The position numbers and the translations under genes were made by a program. The notes under the pieces were generated by a model, which saw only the letters and a program-made list of their open reading frames with translations, was not told the DNA's origin and made no database searches. A DNA stretch of 64,000 nucleotides, from the IMG/VR virus record IMGVR_UViG_2939521961_000009; one strand, given 5' to 3'. Positions 8,980-19,301 of this stretch are shown piece by piece; within the stretch, counting starts at the first letter, position 1, and the number at the start of each line of letters is the position of its first letter. Source of the stretch: a virus (Duplodnaviria; Heunggongvirae; Uroviricota; Caudoviricetes).

Positions 8980-11020
8980 TCACATCCAGTCCGTGACCGG
9001 ACGTGTCATCAATATCAATACTGCGAGCCTGCCACCCTTCCGGGGCAACCAGCTCCACACGGGCAGAGGCTTTTTGTACCGCCTGTCCACTGCTTTCATC
9101 ATCACTGCCCCGTAATTTCTGCCAGGCTTCAGTCAGCCATCCCCCCAGATAGTTACCGAGATAGCTGCCCACCGTAGAACCAATGGCAATCCCCACAGGT
9201 CCGGCTGCCGCCCCCAGCGCACCACCGGCAATACTGCCTGCAAGAGAGCCGACCGCTTCTCCCTTGTCTGTGGCACTGGCGCTGCCATCCAGCAGAACCG
9301 GGGCTGCCATCGCGCCAGCCCACAGGGCACCTCCACCCAGCCGGCCGGCCAGTCCACCGGCACTGCGGAAAAAGCCGGAGAAACGCCCCAGCCCCATGCG
9401 GCTACCGACAGACGAAAGTAACCCACCGGCGCGCCCCATCATGCGCCCCCAGAACCCTGCCCCACCAGAAGAGGGAGACGGTGGCACTGGGGACGGTGGC
9501 AGGGGAGGCGTGACCGGTCTTCCGCGCCCCGGTCCGCGTTTCCTGCGGCCCCGCCCCTGACGTCCGCCTGAGGATGTATCGGTCGCGCCGGTGCCGGACA
9601 GTCCTCCTGTGGGCCAGTTTGTTACAAGTACTGGCTGAACGGCTGCCGGATTTACCCCGGTAAGAAAGTTTATAAAACGTTGCCCTCGTCCCTGAGATGT
9701 GCCTGGTGGTGTTCCGGCCGGAGGAGAGCGCCGGAAAGGTGAAGTCAGGAAGGCCGCCGCTGATAATCCGTATCCCAGCAATGCAGCACCCGGACGTATA
9801 ATCCCCGTTCCGACAGCCCGCGCCATTTTCAGGGCACGGGTGGCGAGATACATGTACAGCAGGTATTTCGCGGCAGTCTGTGCCCCCTGACCAATGCGAT
9901 CCAGCGCATCACCATAGCCCGCATCCCGCAGAGCCTGAAGCGTGTCGCGTACCTTTCTGATCGCCTGATAAAACCCTGTCACTGCATCACGGGCATACTC
10001 AAAGCCCTGGTTCATGGCTGATGCCGTGCTTTCCGCCAGGGAATGGTAACTGCCATCAGATTTGGCACTGTCAACCCATGAAAGAAATCCCCTGAGATTA
10101 CCCTTCAGTTTTTCAAATGGCCCACTGTCCATCACATCCCGGGCAAACTGGTCCCAGACGTCACCCATCATGGCCGTCAGGCCACTCCAGGAATTCATTG
10201 CGTCCTTTTGTGCTCCCCTGGCCTGTTCCGCCAGCGTCTGAAATAACAGGCGAATACTGTCCGGCCCAAGCAGCCCTTTTTCACCAAGTTTTCTGACCAC
10301 TTTCTGGTCCACACCCAGACGATCAGCCAGCACGCGGTAGGCATTAATGCCGTAGGTGGCAAGAATATTTGCATCCGCCGCCTGAATACTGCCTCTTGCA
10401 TACATCTGTTTCAGTTGCAGGGATGCCCCCTGTGCATCGGACAGTGACCAGCCGCCCACGGCCCCCTGATCCTGAAGCATGGTGACAAAATTTCGGGCCT
10501 CCCTGTCACTCATACCAAAGCCCAGACTGGACGTATATTCCTGCATGACGCCAGCCAGCCCCCAGGTGGTTTCCTTCGCATTCTGTATTGCCCACCTGCG
10601 GACATCATCCGTTTTCGCCCGATCCCCTTTGTAAAGGGAGTTCAGGCGAATCATATAGGTTTCCATCTCCGCTGCCGGGCGAATAAATCCCCGGTTAAAG
10701 CCATATACAGCAGCACCACCGGCCAGCATTCCGTAAAGATTGCTGATCCGCCCGATGGTGCCGGTAATACTGCCCTGAAGACGGTCAAAATCAGAAGTGA
10801 CATGGCGGATACTGCCCCGCACCCCGGCCAGCGTGCGCTGCATCCTGCTTCCGAGTACATCTGTTTCCTGCCCGGCACGGCGGGCAGCATTTCCCAGGCC
10901 ACCCAGCCCCGCCTGGCCGGAGCGTGAGAATGCCCCCAGCTCCTGTGACCACTGGCGGGATTTGGCTGAGATATTGCCGAGCAAATCAACTATCAGAGAT
11001 GCTCTGAGATTTCGGGCCAT
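8945..11020 (-). CDS. Tail tape measure protein
   Basis: 691 aa, Gly/Ala-rich C-terminal region, position between tail chaperone and baseplate genes. Confidence 0.85.
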   Translation of the reverse strand: MARNLRASLIVDLLGNISAKSRQWSQELGAFSRSGQAGLGGLGNAARRAGQETDVLGSRMQRTLAGVRGSIRHVTSDFDRLQGSITGTIGRISNLYGMLAGGAAVYGFNRGFIRPAAEMETYMIRLNSLYKGDRAKTDDVRRWAIQNAKETTWGLAGVMQEYTSSLGFGMSDREARNFVTMLQDQGAVGGWSLSDAQGASLQLKQMYARGSIQAADANILATYGINAYRVLADRLGVDQKVVRKLGEKGLLGPDSIRLLFQTLAEQARGAQKDAMNSWSGLTAMMGDVWDQFARDVMDSGPFEKLKGNLRGFLSWVDSAKSDGSYHSLAESTASAMNQGFEYARDAVTGFYQAIRKVRDTLQALRDAGYGDALDRIGQGAQTAAKYLLYMYLATRALKMARAVGTGIIRPGAALLGYGLSAAAFLTSPFRRSPPAGTPPGTSQGRGQRFINFLTGVNPAAVQPVLVTNWPTGGLSGTGATDTSSGGRQGRGRRKRGPGRGRPVTPPLPPSPVPPSPSSGGAGFWGRMMGRAGGLLSSVGSRMGLGRFSGFFRSAGGLAGRLGGGALWAGAMAAPVLLDGSASATDKGEAVGSLAGSIAGGALGAAAGPVGIAIGSTVGSYLGNYLGGWLTEAWQKLRGSDDESSGQAVQKASARVELVAPEGWQARSIDIDDTSGHGLDVNVWNGGNYGLW

Positions 11021-11146
11021 ACTTACTGCTTCGTTCTGATGATTTTTTCTGTCTGTCGGCAGTGCCGGTAAAGTTGCGACAGGGGGAGGTTAAGCGCCCA
11101 TTCCGGACCGCTTTTTGTCACCATCCCCAGGATAATTGCCGCTTCT

Positions 11147-11641
11147 TCAATCTGATCCCGACACTGCGCCTGATCGCCCCCGGTCAGCTGCCAGCTTTCC
11201 GGCAAGCGCGGTATCCAGCAGGCTGACCGCTGCCATCAGGCGGGAGAGATCGCGCTCGCTTAACTGTCCAATCTGACGGGGTGACAACGGACCTTCAATG
11301 TCTCCCACTGCGGCAATCTGACGGCGCAGCAGTGCAACACCGCGTAACGACGGAGACGCTATCAGCATCGGGCCATTGTTTGTCTCCACCACGCGCTCGG
11401 CTTCTGCTTCTGCGTCAATACTGTCTTTCGCTGTCAGTTCCCGGAACGTGACACGATATTCACGGGTCTCACCAAACGGCAGACCATCAAGCAGATCCAC
11501 ATATCCCTTTGCCAGTTGCTCTGTCAGCCCGGCAGTGCGTGGATCAGCCCCCTCAAGTGCTTCCCGGATTGCCTCCATCACGGCTGCCTCGGAAACTGCC
11601 GTTTTTTTCTTACGTGTGGTCATTTTATTTTTCCTGATCAC
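11147..11641 (-). CDS. Tail assembly chaperone-like protein (Mu gp41-like); start may be the internal MTTRKKK at ~11623
   Basis: Acidic ~160 aa protein between tail tube and tape measure genes. Confidence 0.6.
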   Translation of the reverse strand: MIRKNKMTTRKKKTAVSEAAVMEAIREALEGADPRTAGLTEQLAKGYVDLLDGLPFGETREYRVTFRELTAKDSIDAEAEAERVVETNNGPMLIASPSLRGVALLRRQIAAVGDIEGPLSPRQIGQLSERDLSRLMAAVSLLDTALAGKLAADRGRSGAVSGSD

Positions 11642-12003
11642 TGAACACGGGTACTGGTGGCGCTGGCGAACTTCACGGAGATCTCCCCGCCACCGTCAAG
11701 CGAGGCCGGTTCACTGCTCCAGGCCTTCGTCATCATGTGGACTTCGCCGGTATCCGCCACAAACTCGATAGTGACCGCAGTCCAGTTGTTGATTTCATCA
11801 GCGGCTGGTGAGCCTTCTCCGCCTGCCGGAAATTTGCAGTCCAGCGTCGCTTCACGTGGTTTCTGGCGGTAACCATAGACTTTCGCGCCTTTCACCACTT
11901 CACGTTCAAAACCTGACGGAGAAAATGTAGCCCCCTCAAGCGTCTCGTATTCCTGACCGTTCACACGGATAGTGGCCGTGCCCTGATACTGTTTTCCGCT
12001 CAT
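11638..12003 (-). CDS. Tail tube protein (Mu gp40 M-like)
   Basis: 121 aa directly downstream of sheath gene. Confidence 0.8.
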   Translation of the reverse strand: MSGKQYQGTATIRVNGQEYETLEGATFSPSGFEREVVKGAKVYGYRQKPREATLDCKFPAGGEGSPAADEINNWTAVTIEFVADTGEVHMMTKAWSSEPASLDGGGEISVKFASATSTRVQ

Positions 12004-12011
12004 GCCTTACC

Positions 12012-13514
12012 TCACAAAATGAAACGGATCTGTGCTGCCAGGAAGCGGAACTGGTTAACCAGATCCGGCGTGCATAACACGTCAAGACGGTTTCGATCTG
12101 ACGCATTACGCTCCACAAGCAGATTCTTTTTAAAGGTGTCCAGATTTTCGACCAGCCCGAGTTCCACCCACTCTTCACCCAGCGAAATTAACTGAAGCTT
12201 CATGATCTCCGGCGTCACGATATTCTGACCGGCACGAACGGGCGTCCCGTCATCAGCCAGTTTATGGCGCGGAAAACGTTGTGTGATAAAAGTACGCAGG
12301 GAATAACGCAGCCAGGAGAGGGTGTAGATGGTTTCCACATCCAGATAGCTGGGATCACTTTCGCCGTACACGTTCTGGCGATACATGGTCACCTGACGTT
12401 CGATCTGAACCACATCACCGGCAGCCACACTGACCGTGGCAATCCCTCCCCACAGCAGACTGTTACGCTCTTCACGCGTCAGACGATCGGCCGGAGCCGG
12501 GGCCATGCGTGACGGAAGCGCCAGCGTCTGAAGCGGACGCGCAGGATCTGCTCCCAGAGAGGGTGCACAGGTGGCACAGACCGCCGCTGCCCAGAGGTAA
12601 TCCGGTTCAGGGGCTTTGGGAATGGATGTGCAGGTCGCCAGAAAATCATTGCGTTTTGCCCCGAATGCCTGCACCTCACCAAACGTGCCGGTATGTGCCA
12701 GCCACAGCACGCCGTCAGACATTTTGGCCGGTCCCCAGCGTTTCAGAAGCTCATCACTGATGATTTTCAGGTTTGCATCATCCTTATAGGGCATGACGAC
12801 ATAGTTGTACTGGCGATCGCCCATCCCCGCCACGCTTCGGGTGATATCCGGGTTAGCCGCTTTTTGTTTCGGATAGGCTATAGCGACCTGTATTCCTTCC
12901 GGGGTTGCTTCCCCGTCGTGATAGTTCAGGCGCACATCATGAACGGAGCATTCACCGGTAAAGCGGGCGGTGATCCCCAGAGACCCTTTCAGACCTGCGC
13001 CATTATCACCACTTCCTGCACCAGAGGAGGCCGTGAAGGGCGCGTCAGGATCGGCATTGATCAGCGCGGCCAGCTCGTCGGTCAGTTCTTTGCCTTTCTT
13101 ACCTTTTGGTGCCGGGAGTGTATAACGCCGCCCCCCCACGCAGGCATAAACAATCCCGTCACGGGTGACCGTTCCGGTCAGATTCATGGCCGCAGCCGTT
13201 GCCTGTCCGGTGCCGTTCCCCTGAGCAATGGCATACAGTTCAGCATCAGGATTGATGGCGATAAATTCCGCCACCATCAGGGCAATCATGGAACCGCGCC
13301 CCCAGAGTTCTGTTGCCTGAGACGCACGGGTGATCCTGACCGGAACATCCAGAACACCGGCACCGTCCACGGCATTCTCTTTCATTCTCGCCTGACCAAA
13401 CAGCAGCACACACTGACGCTGTGCCGGAGTGCCGGTGACAGCCATGGAGTTATTAAACTCAACCTCAATCAGCGGTATACGGCGGTCATTACCGATCCCG
13501 TCAAAATTAATCAT
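12012..13514 (-). CDS. Contractile tail sheath protein (Mu gp39 L-like)
   Basis: 500 aa; sheath-sized ORF followed by tube gene. Confidence 0.9.
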   Translation of the reverse strand: MINFDGIGNDRRIPLIEVEFNNSMAVTGTPAQRQCVLLFGQARMKENAVDGAGVLDVPVRITRASQATELWGRGSMIALMVAEFIAINPDAELYAIAQGNGTGQATAAAMNLTGTVTRDGIVYACVGGRRYTLPAPKGKKGKELTDELAALINADPDAPFTASSGAGSGDNGAGLKGSLGITARFTGECSVHDVRLNYHDGEATPEGIQVAIAYPKQKAANPDITRSVAGMGDRQYNYVVMPYKDDANLKIISDELLKRWGPAKMSDGVLWLAHTGTFGEVQAFGAKRNDFLATCTSIPKAPEPDYLWAAAVCATCAPSLGADPARPLQTLALPSRMAPAPADRLTREERNSLLWGGIATVSVAAGDVVQIERQVTMYRQNVYGESDPSYLDVETIYTLSWLRYSLRTFITQRFPRHKLADDGTPVRAGQNIVTPEIMKLQLISLGEEWVELGLVENLDTFKKNLLVERNASDRNRLDVLCTPDLVNQFRFLAAQIRFIL

Positions 13515-13756
13515 TGCGGTTTCTCCTTATCGGATGCCGGTTGGGCGACCGGTTTTTCTGTCGCAGTCGTTGCATCCGCAGATACAGCCGGAGCCTCTTC
13601 AGCGGCTTTTTCAGCCTGAATGACATCGCCGTCATCAAGACGCCGACACCAGAACGGCGTAAAGGGCTTTTCCTCCCCCTCCTGTGCCAGCGGGCGCATT
13701 GTGTCGGGATCACGAATCAGGCGTCCCGGCGCGGGTTTGATAAAGATGGTTTTCAT
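13511..13756 (-). CDS. Small protein, Mu gp38-like (DUF2635-like)
   Basis: 81 aa, synteny upstream of sheath. Confidence 0.55.
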   Translation of the reverse strand: MKTIFIKPAPGRLIRDPDTMRPLAQEGEEKPFTPFWCRRLDDGDVIQAEKAAEEAPAVSADATTATEKPVAQPASDKEKPQ

Positions 13757-14317
13757 TTACAGTTCCTCCGGCGGTTCGACCGCCGTTGTCGTGTTCCCCG
13801 GCAAATCAATATGTGCCTCAAACGGCGGCGTACCGGGCGGCTCCACAAAGGTTTCGTAATGACGCAGGAAGTCGTCCAGCGAGCTGGTATCGGTCAGCGG
13901 TGCGATCATTTCCTCGCAGGAGAAATAAAGCGCATACATCACCGCACCACTGTCCGCCTGGGTTTCGGTGTAACCGTTGACCGCCTTTTCAAAGTAAAGC
14001 GGTGAGGTTTTTTCTGTTCTGAAGCCGTTAAGCACGGCAATCAGCCGGGCCACAATCTGATACAGTCCGGGACGGCTGGCCTCACGCCCGTTGAGCATGT
14101 CGCCGATGACGTAGAACACCCAGTGACTGACCAGGCGACCACGGGTACGGCCTTCACCGGCACCCAGCCAGGCAACGTAGATCGCCGGGGCGTTAATCAG
14201 CATGGTGCGCAGTACGCTGTCGCTCCAGTCGCCGGGATGCGTGTCAACAGACACCAGTTCATTCCCGAAATACTCACGGATACGGGCGATGTATGCCTGT
14301 TCGGTTTCCGTAATCAT
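13757..14317 (-). CDS. Tail/neck protein, Mu gp37-like
   Basis: 186 aa, synteny. Confidence 0.55.
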   Translation of the reverse strand: MITETEQAYIARIREYFGNELVSVDTHPGDWSDSVLRTMLINAPAIYVAWLGAGEGRTRGRLVSHWVFYVIGDMLNGREASRPGLYQIVARLIAVLNGFRTEKTSPLYFEKAVNGYTETQADSGAVMYALYFSCEEMIAPLTDTSSLDDFLRHYETFVEPPGTPPFEAHIDLPGNTTTAVEPPEEL

Positions 14318-14733
14318 ATGAAGCCCTTCTGGTTGCGCCCGAATACCGCTGCATCAGACTGAACCTGTGGTAAATCCCCGGATTCAGGGGCCGCACCGTT
14401 CGTATCCACACCGACCGGCACATTGCCGTTCATGACATCTTTCAGCCAGGCCAGCGCTTCACGGTAACGGTCACGCGCCTGATCGGAGGCTCGCTGATCG
14501 CACAGGTAATAAAAGGCAATCGCGCAACAGTGCTGAACAAGAACGGCCGGAATAACCTCCAGCGGCAACGTGTAACGGGCGGACAGATAGCTGTCGATAA
14601 GGGCTGACGCATCTGTCAGCGCCCGGTTCAGCTTGCGCGTGTCCGGCTCATCCGAACGGGGCACAGCCAGTAACGGCCTGAGCAAATCCTCGCGGTAACG
14701 CGCCCGCATATCGGTTTCAGTGGCGTAATTCAT
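14314..14733 (-). CDS. Head-tail connector protein, Mu gp36-like
   Basis: 139 aa, synteny. Confidence 0.55.
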   Translation of the reverse strand: MNYATETDMRARYREDLLRPLLAVPRSDEPDTRKLNRALTDASALIDSYLSARYTLPLEVIPAVLVQHCCAIAFYYLCDQRASDQARDRYREALAWLKDVMNGNVPVGVDTNGAAPESGDLPQVQSDAAVFGRNQKGFI

Positions 14734-15083
14734 GCGCGGGCCTTTTTCGCCTGTTTCGCTTTGTTACCGGTCTTTTTCCGGGGAGTATCCTGTCCGGCTT
14801 CGGCTAAATCTGTACCGGCCACTGCATGAACCACACCCGCCACGCTCCCCGCATCATCAGCAGGCGTCTGTAGTATTCGCACAGTGAGGCATGGCTCCGC
14901 CTCCAGTCGGGCAAGCTGCTCCGGGGAGACCTCAACCTGCTGACGTCCACGCGTGAACAGGAACCCCGCACGACGAAACGCCGAACGACTGCAACGCACT
15001 TCTGCCAGCACTGTGACAGAATTGTCACCACTGACCTGAAGACCTGAATCATCTGTTGCTGCCACAGTGTGATGTTCATTCAT
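14730..15083 (-). CDS. Hypothetical head-module protein (Mu gp35-like), basic C-terminus
   Basis: 117 aa downstream of major capsid gene. Confidence 0.5.
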   Translation of the reverse strand: MNEHHTVAATDDSGLQVSGDNSVTVLAEVRCSRSAFRRAGFLFTRGRQQVEVSPEQLARLEAEPCLTVRILQTPADDAGSVAGVVHAVAGTDLAEAGQDTPRKKTGNKAKQAKKARA

Positions 15084-15126
15084 ATTTGCCCTCCGCAGGG
15101 GCCGGGCCGTAAGCCCGGCTCACCGT

Positions 15127-16074
15127 TTACAGATAATCCGCGACAACCAGCTCCAGCTTGCCCTTCATCTCGTTAGAGACGGTTGCGTTTCCGTCTGCGA
15201 ACAGTTCACGCTCCAGCAGCTGCACCGCCTGTTTTTCCAGCGAGGTGGGGACAACAATATGGGTGGGTTTGATGCCGAGTTTGCGGCCACCGTCAGCGGT
15301 AAATTCGCGCATGGCTGACCAGCCGTGCCACAGTGCATCCAGCGTCAGCGGTGACTGCATCATGTAGGCCATCTGCCAGAAGCCGTAGCCCACATTGCGA
15401 CGGGCGGATGCACCAAACACAAATTCGTTATCGGTGAATGCGCGACCTTCATCGACTTTGGTCTGGGCAACCAGTTCAGCCTTACGGCGATCCTGATAAA
15501 TCAGCGGTTTGATTGCGCGTGAACAGTCGAGCAGATACCAGGCAGGACCGCTGTAATCCGCTTGTGCACCGACAGAGCCGGTTTTTGCCACAAACATATT
15601 GCTGACCATCTGCGCATCCCCGGAGCCATCCACTTTGGGGTAAACAGGATGTTCGGTATCAAAGAAGTTCTGGCCGTCATAGCAGGCCGCATTAATCCCG
15701 TCACGAAGAGCAGCAAAGACCAGTTCATCCGGTTGTGCCGCAGCAGCGCGCCCCATCTCCTGGAACAACGGGGAATAAATACCGAGGTTATCGTCTTCGA
15801 AGTCATCGCGGTTAATGGCGACGGTGCCTTCAAAGGTTTTGTTCACGATGGCATAGCCATAGGCCTTCATCTTCTCGATGACGCGGGAGCCGATCCACTC
15901 ACGGAACTGCGGGAACTGCCCCAGCCAGCCGTAGGTGTTGGATTTCGACGTGGACGGTACGGTCATCGCAATTTTTTTGTACTGCGACGGGGCCATGGAC
16001 ATCCCGGCCTGAAAATCAGAACGGTAGCCCGTCATCAGGGCGGTGATCATCGCCGGTGTAATCGGGGTAGGCAT
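15127..16074 (-). CDS. Major capsid protein (Mu T-like)
   Basis: 315 aa; downstream of protease/scaffold gene. Confidence 0.85.
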   Translation of the reverse strand: MPTPITPAMITALMTGYRSDFQAGMSMAPSQYKKIAMTVPSTSKSNTYGWLGQFPQFREWIGSRVIEKMKAYGYAIVNKTFEGTVAINRDDFEDDNLGIYSPLFQEMGRAAAAQPDELVFAALRDGINAACYDGQNFFDTEHPVYPKVDGSGDAQMVSNMFVAKTGSVGAQADYSGPAWYLLDCSRAIKPLIYQDRRKAELVAQTKVDEGRAFTDNEFVFGASARRNVGYGFWQMAYMMQSPLTLDALWHGWSAMREFTADGGRKLGIKPTHIVVPTSLEKQAVQLLERELFADGNATVSNEMKGKLELVVADYL

Positions 16075-17198
16075 TATTGCATTTCCTCTTTCATTTTCAG
16101 GAACTCGGCTTCGGTTTTACCCAGCAGTTTGGCGGCCGCGATATCTTCAGCCGACAGCACAGCGGTGGCAGTCTTTTTATCCGGCACGGTCACGGTGTCG
16201 GTCTGAAGGCCGGTCAGGGCCGCAACCGGCTGGCGGGCGTCAAGCTGTGCAGAAAGTGCCGCAACGCCAATCTGCCCGCCCAGTTGTTCCAGATAGCCGC
16301 GTTCGCTTTTGAAGATGCGCCCTTCGGATTCAGCCTTGTCCAGCACCTGCTCCAGCGTGGTGCTGCCGTGCTGCGCCGACAGCGCAACGTATTCGGTACG
16401 CAGGGCGTTATACGTTTCAACGGGCACGTATTTCGTCAGATCAATACTGCCGCCAGCCGGTGTGCCTTTTGCGGTTTCCAGCTCTGCCGACAGACTGGCG
16501 ACCTGTGTTTTCAGGTTGTCGTGTGCATCCGCACGGGTTTTGATCCCGGTGAGGGCAGACAGCGCCGCCGTGCCCAGCTCCGGCGTAAATTCGTCACCGT
16601 CAGCCACGGTCAGACCGAGCGCCGTCAGCAACTGGCGTAATTGCTCATTCATGGAGGTATCCTTTAAAGGAGGGTTTAAGGCGTTATAAAGGTCATCCGC
16701 CGACAGTGCGGCGACAGGATTCATGCCGGTCAGACCGGGGTCACCGGTAATAGCCAGCATCCGAAGTTCGACAGGTTCGCCGGTGCTCTCGTCATAGCCA
16801 ATCACCGGTGAAAACCAGGGGAATTCGTTATTACGCAGATGTTCAAGGGCCGGAGGGTTCCACTTCGGGCGCACCTCGAAACCTCGCTCTTCACTGAAGC
16901 GAAAATTCTCCGGTGAGGCCATCACAAAACCGGCAGCCGGTGCCGGATGTCCCTCAATCAGGGTCTGGTGGTTGTAGTCAATTTTCACCGGCTGATTGAG
17001 CGCCACAACACGGGAGACCATGCGCTCAACGGCTGCATGGTTGATCAGCCAGCCCTCGGCCGGTTTTTCCGGGCGACCGTCACGGGCCTTTACCCGACCG
17101 GCTGGCATGATCTGACACCAGTCACCGTCCCCGTCTGCGGACAGGCTGATGGCATTCAGAATGGCATAAGCAAGTTTGGGCGTGTTTTTCGTCTTCAT
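16074..17198 (-). CDS. Head maturation protease/scaffold (Mu I-like)
   Basis: 374 aa with Ala/Leu-rich scaffold-like C-terminal half. Confidence 0.8.
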   Translation of the reverse strand: MKTKNTPKLAYAILNAISLSADGDGDWCQIMPAGRVKARDGRPEKPAEGWLINHAAVERMVSRVVALNQPVKIDYNHQTLIEGHPAPAAGFVMASPENFRFSEERGFEVRPKWNPPALEHLRNNEFPWFSPVIGYDESTGEPVELRMLAITGDPGLTGMNPVAALSADDLYNALNPPLKDTSMNEQLRQLLTALGLTVADGDEFTPELGTAALSALTGIKTRADAHDNLKTQVASLSAELETAKGTPAGGSIDLTKYVPVETYNALRTEYVALSAQHGSTTLEQVLDKAESEGRIFKSERGYLEQLGGQIGVAALSAQLDARQPVAALTGLQTDTVTVPDKKTATAVLSAEDIAAAKLLGKTEAEFLKMKEEMQ

Positions 17199-17374
17199 TC
17201 CGGCAGCATAGGCCGGGAATTTTCAGGGCGGGTTTTGCGGGATTTCAGGAAGTGCTTCCAGGGGAAAAATACAAAGGCGCTTCACGCAGATTTTAAAGCC
17301 CGTTAAATACAGGTTAGAAAATCACGACACGCGCCTGAAGGGGGTAAGGTAATGCATTTGCATACCTTAAACAA

Positions 17375-17848
17375 TTAAGGCGTTTCTGTGGCCTTTTTAA
17401 AGCGTTTTCTGATTTCGTCCATGATCTCCTGCTCTGCCACCTGATCAAAGCCCATATACGGACGTGCACCAATGGCCGCCGGTCCCGGCGGCATACCTGG
17501 CAGGCCACCCCACTGATGAATGGCCGCATAAGGCTCATTTGATCCAATCAGCGCCCAGGTGTCGCCATAATCCGTGGTCAGGCGTCGGGCCAGATCGCCG
17601 TTCAGCGTCAGGATTTTGCCGGGCATGTATCCCTTACGGGTACGCCACTTGCGGTAAGGATCTGACCAGTCATGCCAGCGTTCGCCGTCCGGCTCTTTTT
17701 CCTGTTCAAACGCCATTTCTGACGATGACAGAAGGCTGGACGCCACACTGCGGGCCAGGTCTTTTCCGCCACCCACAAACTGAAGCCGGGCAAAGACCCG
17801 CTGGAGACGCGTAACGTCAACAACGACGGCGGCATCAATGGATGACAT
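17375..17848 (-). CDS. Virion morphogenesis protein (Mu G-like)
   Basis: 157 aa between F-like and I-like genes. Confidence 0.7.
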   Translation of the reverse strand: MSSIDAAVVVDVTRLQRVFARLQFVGGGKDLARSVASSLLSSSEMAFEQEKEPDGERWHDWSDPYRKWRTRKGYMPGKILTLNGDLARRLTTDYGDTWALIGSNEPYAAIHQWGGLPGMPPGPAAIGARPYMGFDQVAEQEIMDEIRKRFKKATETP

Positions 17849-17969
17849 ATTGCCTCCGTATAAAATATGAATATAAAATAAGCAGGCGGTCAGTGTACGC
17901 TTAACTGGTAAAGTCGGTGCCTGCCTCCGGGTGGATCATGTATGCGGGTTCGACCCCCGCCACTGACCG

Positions 17970-19301
17970 TTAATCAATATCTCCTTCCAGTACCTCAAGC
18001 ATTCCGCCCCGGATATCCGATTTCAGCTTATCCATATTGATAACCCGGTAAGCATTAACAATCACATCCAGTTTATCCGGCTGACGCTTCAGGCTGTACG
18101 GTGCATTAACGGCAATCTGCACACTGCCATCCTGATTTTCCACGATATACATCAGATTGTTGTGCCGTTTGTCCCACAGTACCGCTTTTGGCCTTGCCAG
18201 CATTGCCGGTAAGCGCCCGAAATCCTCCGGTGTCAGGGCGATACCGTCATTCTGATGTTTCATGCTGTCCGCATGGAGCACATTTTTACCGCTCATCGCC
18301 AGCAGGCGGGCCGGTGGCGTTCCCGTCCGGCTTTCCACCGCCTGCGCAATGCTTTCGGTCATAAAGCCCAGCGTGCGGATATCGTTACCGCCTCGCCGGG
18401 TTTTCATGATGTTTTTTGCCCAGATGCGGAACGCCAGCTGCCGCTCCGGGCTGTTGTTCATCTCCTGAACCACCATTTCCCGTAACGCCGGGCTTTTCAC
18501 CTCGATCAACTTGCGGAGCAGCGCCTGGTCTGTGCCGAACGCCGCCGAACCGGGGTTATATGACCAGCCCACATCCGGTGTCATGGTTCTGGTGCCATCT
18601 GAATATGTGGTCACCGGCATTTCTCTGACTTCTCCGGTCTGCTTATCCACGCCAGCCTCAACATTGCGGGTGGAAAGATGATCCTGACCGGATGAAACGG
18701 ATAACCCCATTGCATCCAGACGGGTCTGAGACAATGGCCGGACACGGCAGCGGCAGTTCCAGCCATTGGGTGGGTAGTGTGTATTCCAGAACGGATCGTC
18801 ATAGCGGAATACCAGACCGTTAAGGGCGGAATGCGCCGGGCGGGTGCGGCTGTCCATCACCGCCACATACTGCCAGAACGGATGCGTGTCCGTGTTGTTC
18901 ATCATCTGCGTGTAACGCCCGGCATTGTAAGCCACGCGGGTGTTCACGTTGTAAATCAGCGCCAGACGGCGGGGACAGCCCAGCTGCACTTCTTCTGCGT
19001 TACCGGCGCTGTCCACCACAATCTGCTTTCCCCACCATCCCAGCTTTTGCAGGCGGGGGGTCAGTGTGCGGATAAATGCTTTCTGTGAAATCCCCTCATC
19101 AATGGCCCGTTGCACTTCCGCCTGTAGTGTGGTCAGTACGTCCAGGCGTGCCACTTTTGCCGCCGTGAACGAACGGGCATGAACATCCGCGTCTGTTTCG
19201 AACCAGTTCCAGCTGATATGCGCCCCTTTGGCGCGGAAGTATGCCACCGCCTCTTTTGAGGGAAGCGTGGCGGCATAACCTAAATCAATCCCCTGTGCCA
19301 T
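17970..19301 (-). CDS. Head morphogenesis protein (Mu F-like)
   Basis: 443 aa downstream of portal. Confidence 0.8.
   Translation of the reverse strand: MAQGIDLGYAATLPSKEAVAYFRAKGAHISWNWFETDADVHARSFTAAKVARLDVLTTLQAEVQRAIDEGISQKAFIRTLTPRLQKLGWWGKQIVVDSAGNAEEVQLGCPRRLALIYNVNTRVAYNAGRYTQMMNNTDTHPFWQYVAVMDSRTRPAHSALNGLVFRYDDPFWNTHYPPNGWNCRCRVRPLSQTRLDAMGLSVSSGQDHLSTRNVEAGVDKQTGEVREMPVTTYSDGTRTMTPDVGWSYNPGSAAFGTDQALLRKLIEVKSPALREMVVQEMNNSPERQLAFRIWAKNIMKTRRGGNDIRTLGFMTESIAQAVESRTGTPPARLLAMSGKNVLHADSMKHQNDGIALTPEDFGRLPAMLARPKAVLWDKRHNNLMYIVENQDGSVQIAVNAPYSLKRQPDKLDVIVNAYRVINMDKLKSDIRGGMLEVLEGDID

Noticed and set aside
11023-11205. Canonical -1 programmed frameshift of the tail chaperone
   Set aside because: Frame arithmetic shows the overlapping ORF is in the +1 frame relative to the chaperone, so only a +1/-2 event is possible; kept as a low-interest finding.
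12693-13619. 308-aa plus-strand ORF
   Set aside because: Lies entirely antisense within the tail sheath gene; shadow ORF in GC-rich coding DNA.
15562-16640. Plus-strand ORFs of 214 and 187 aa
   Set aside because: Antisense to the major capsid and protease/scaffold genes; no independent support.
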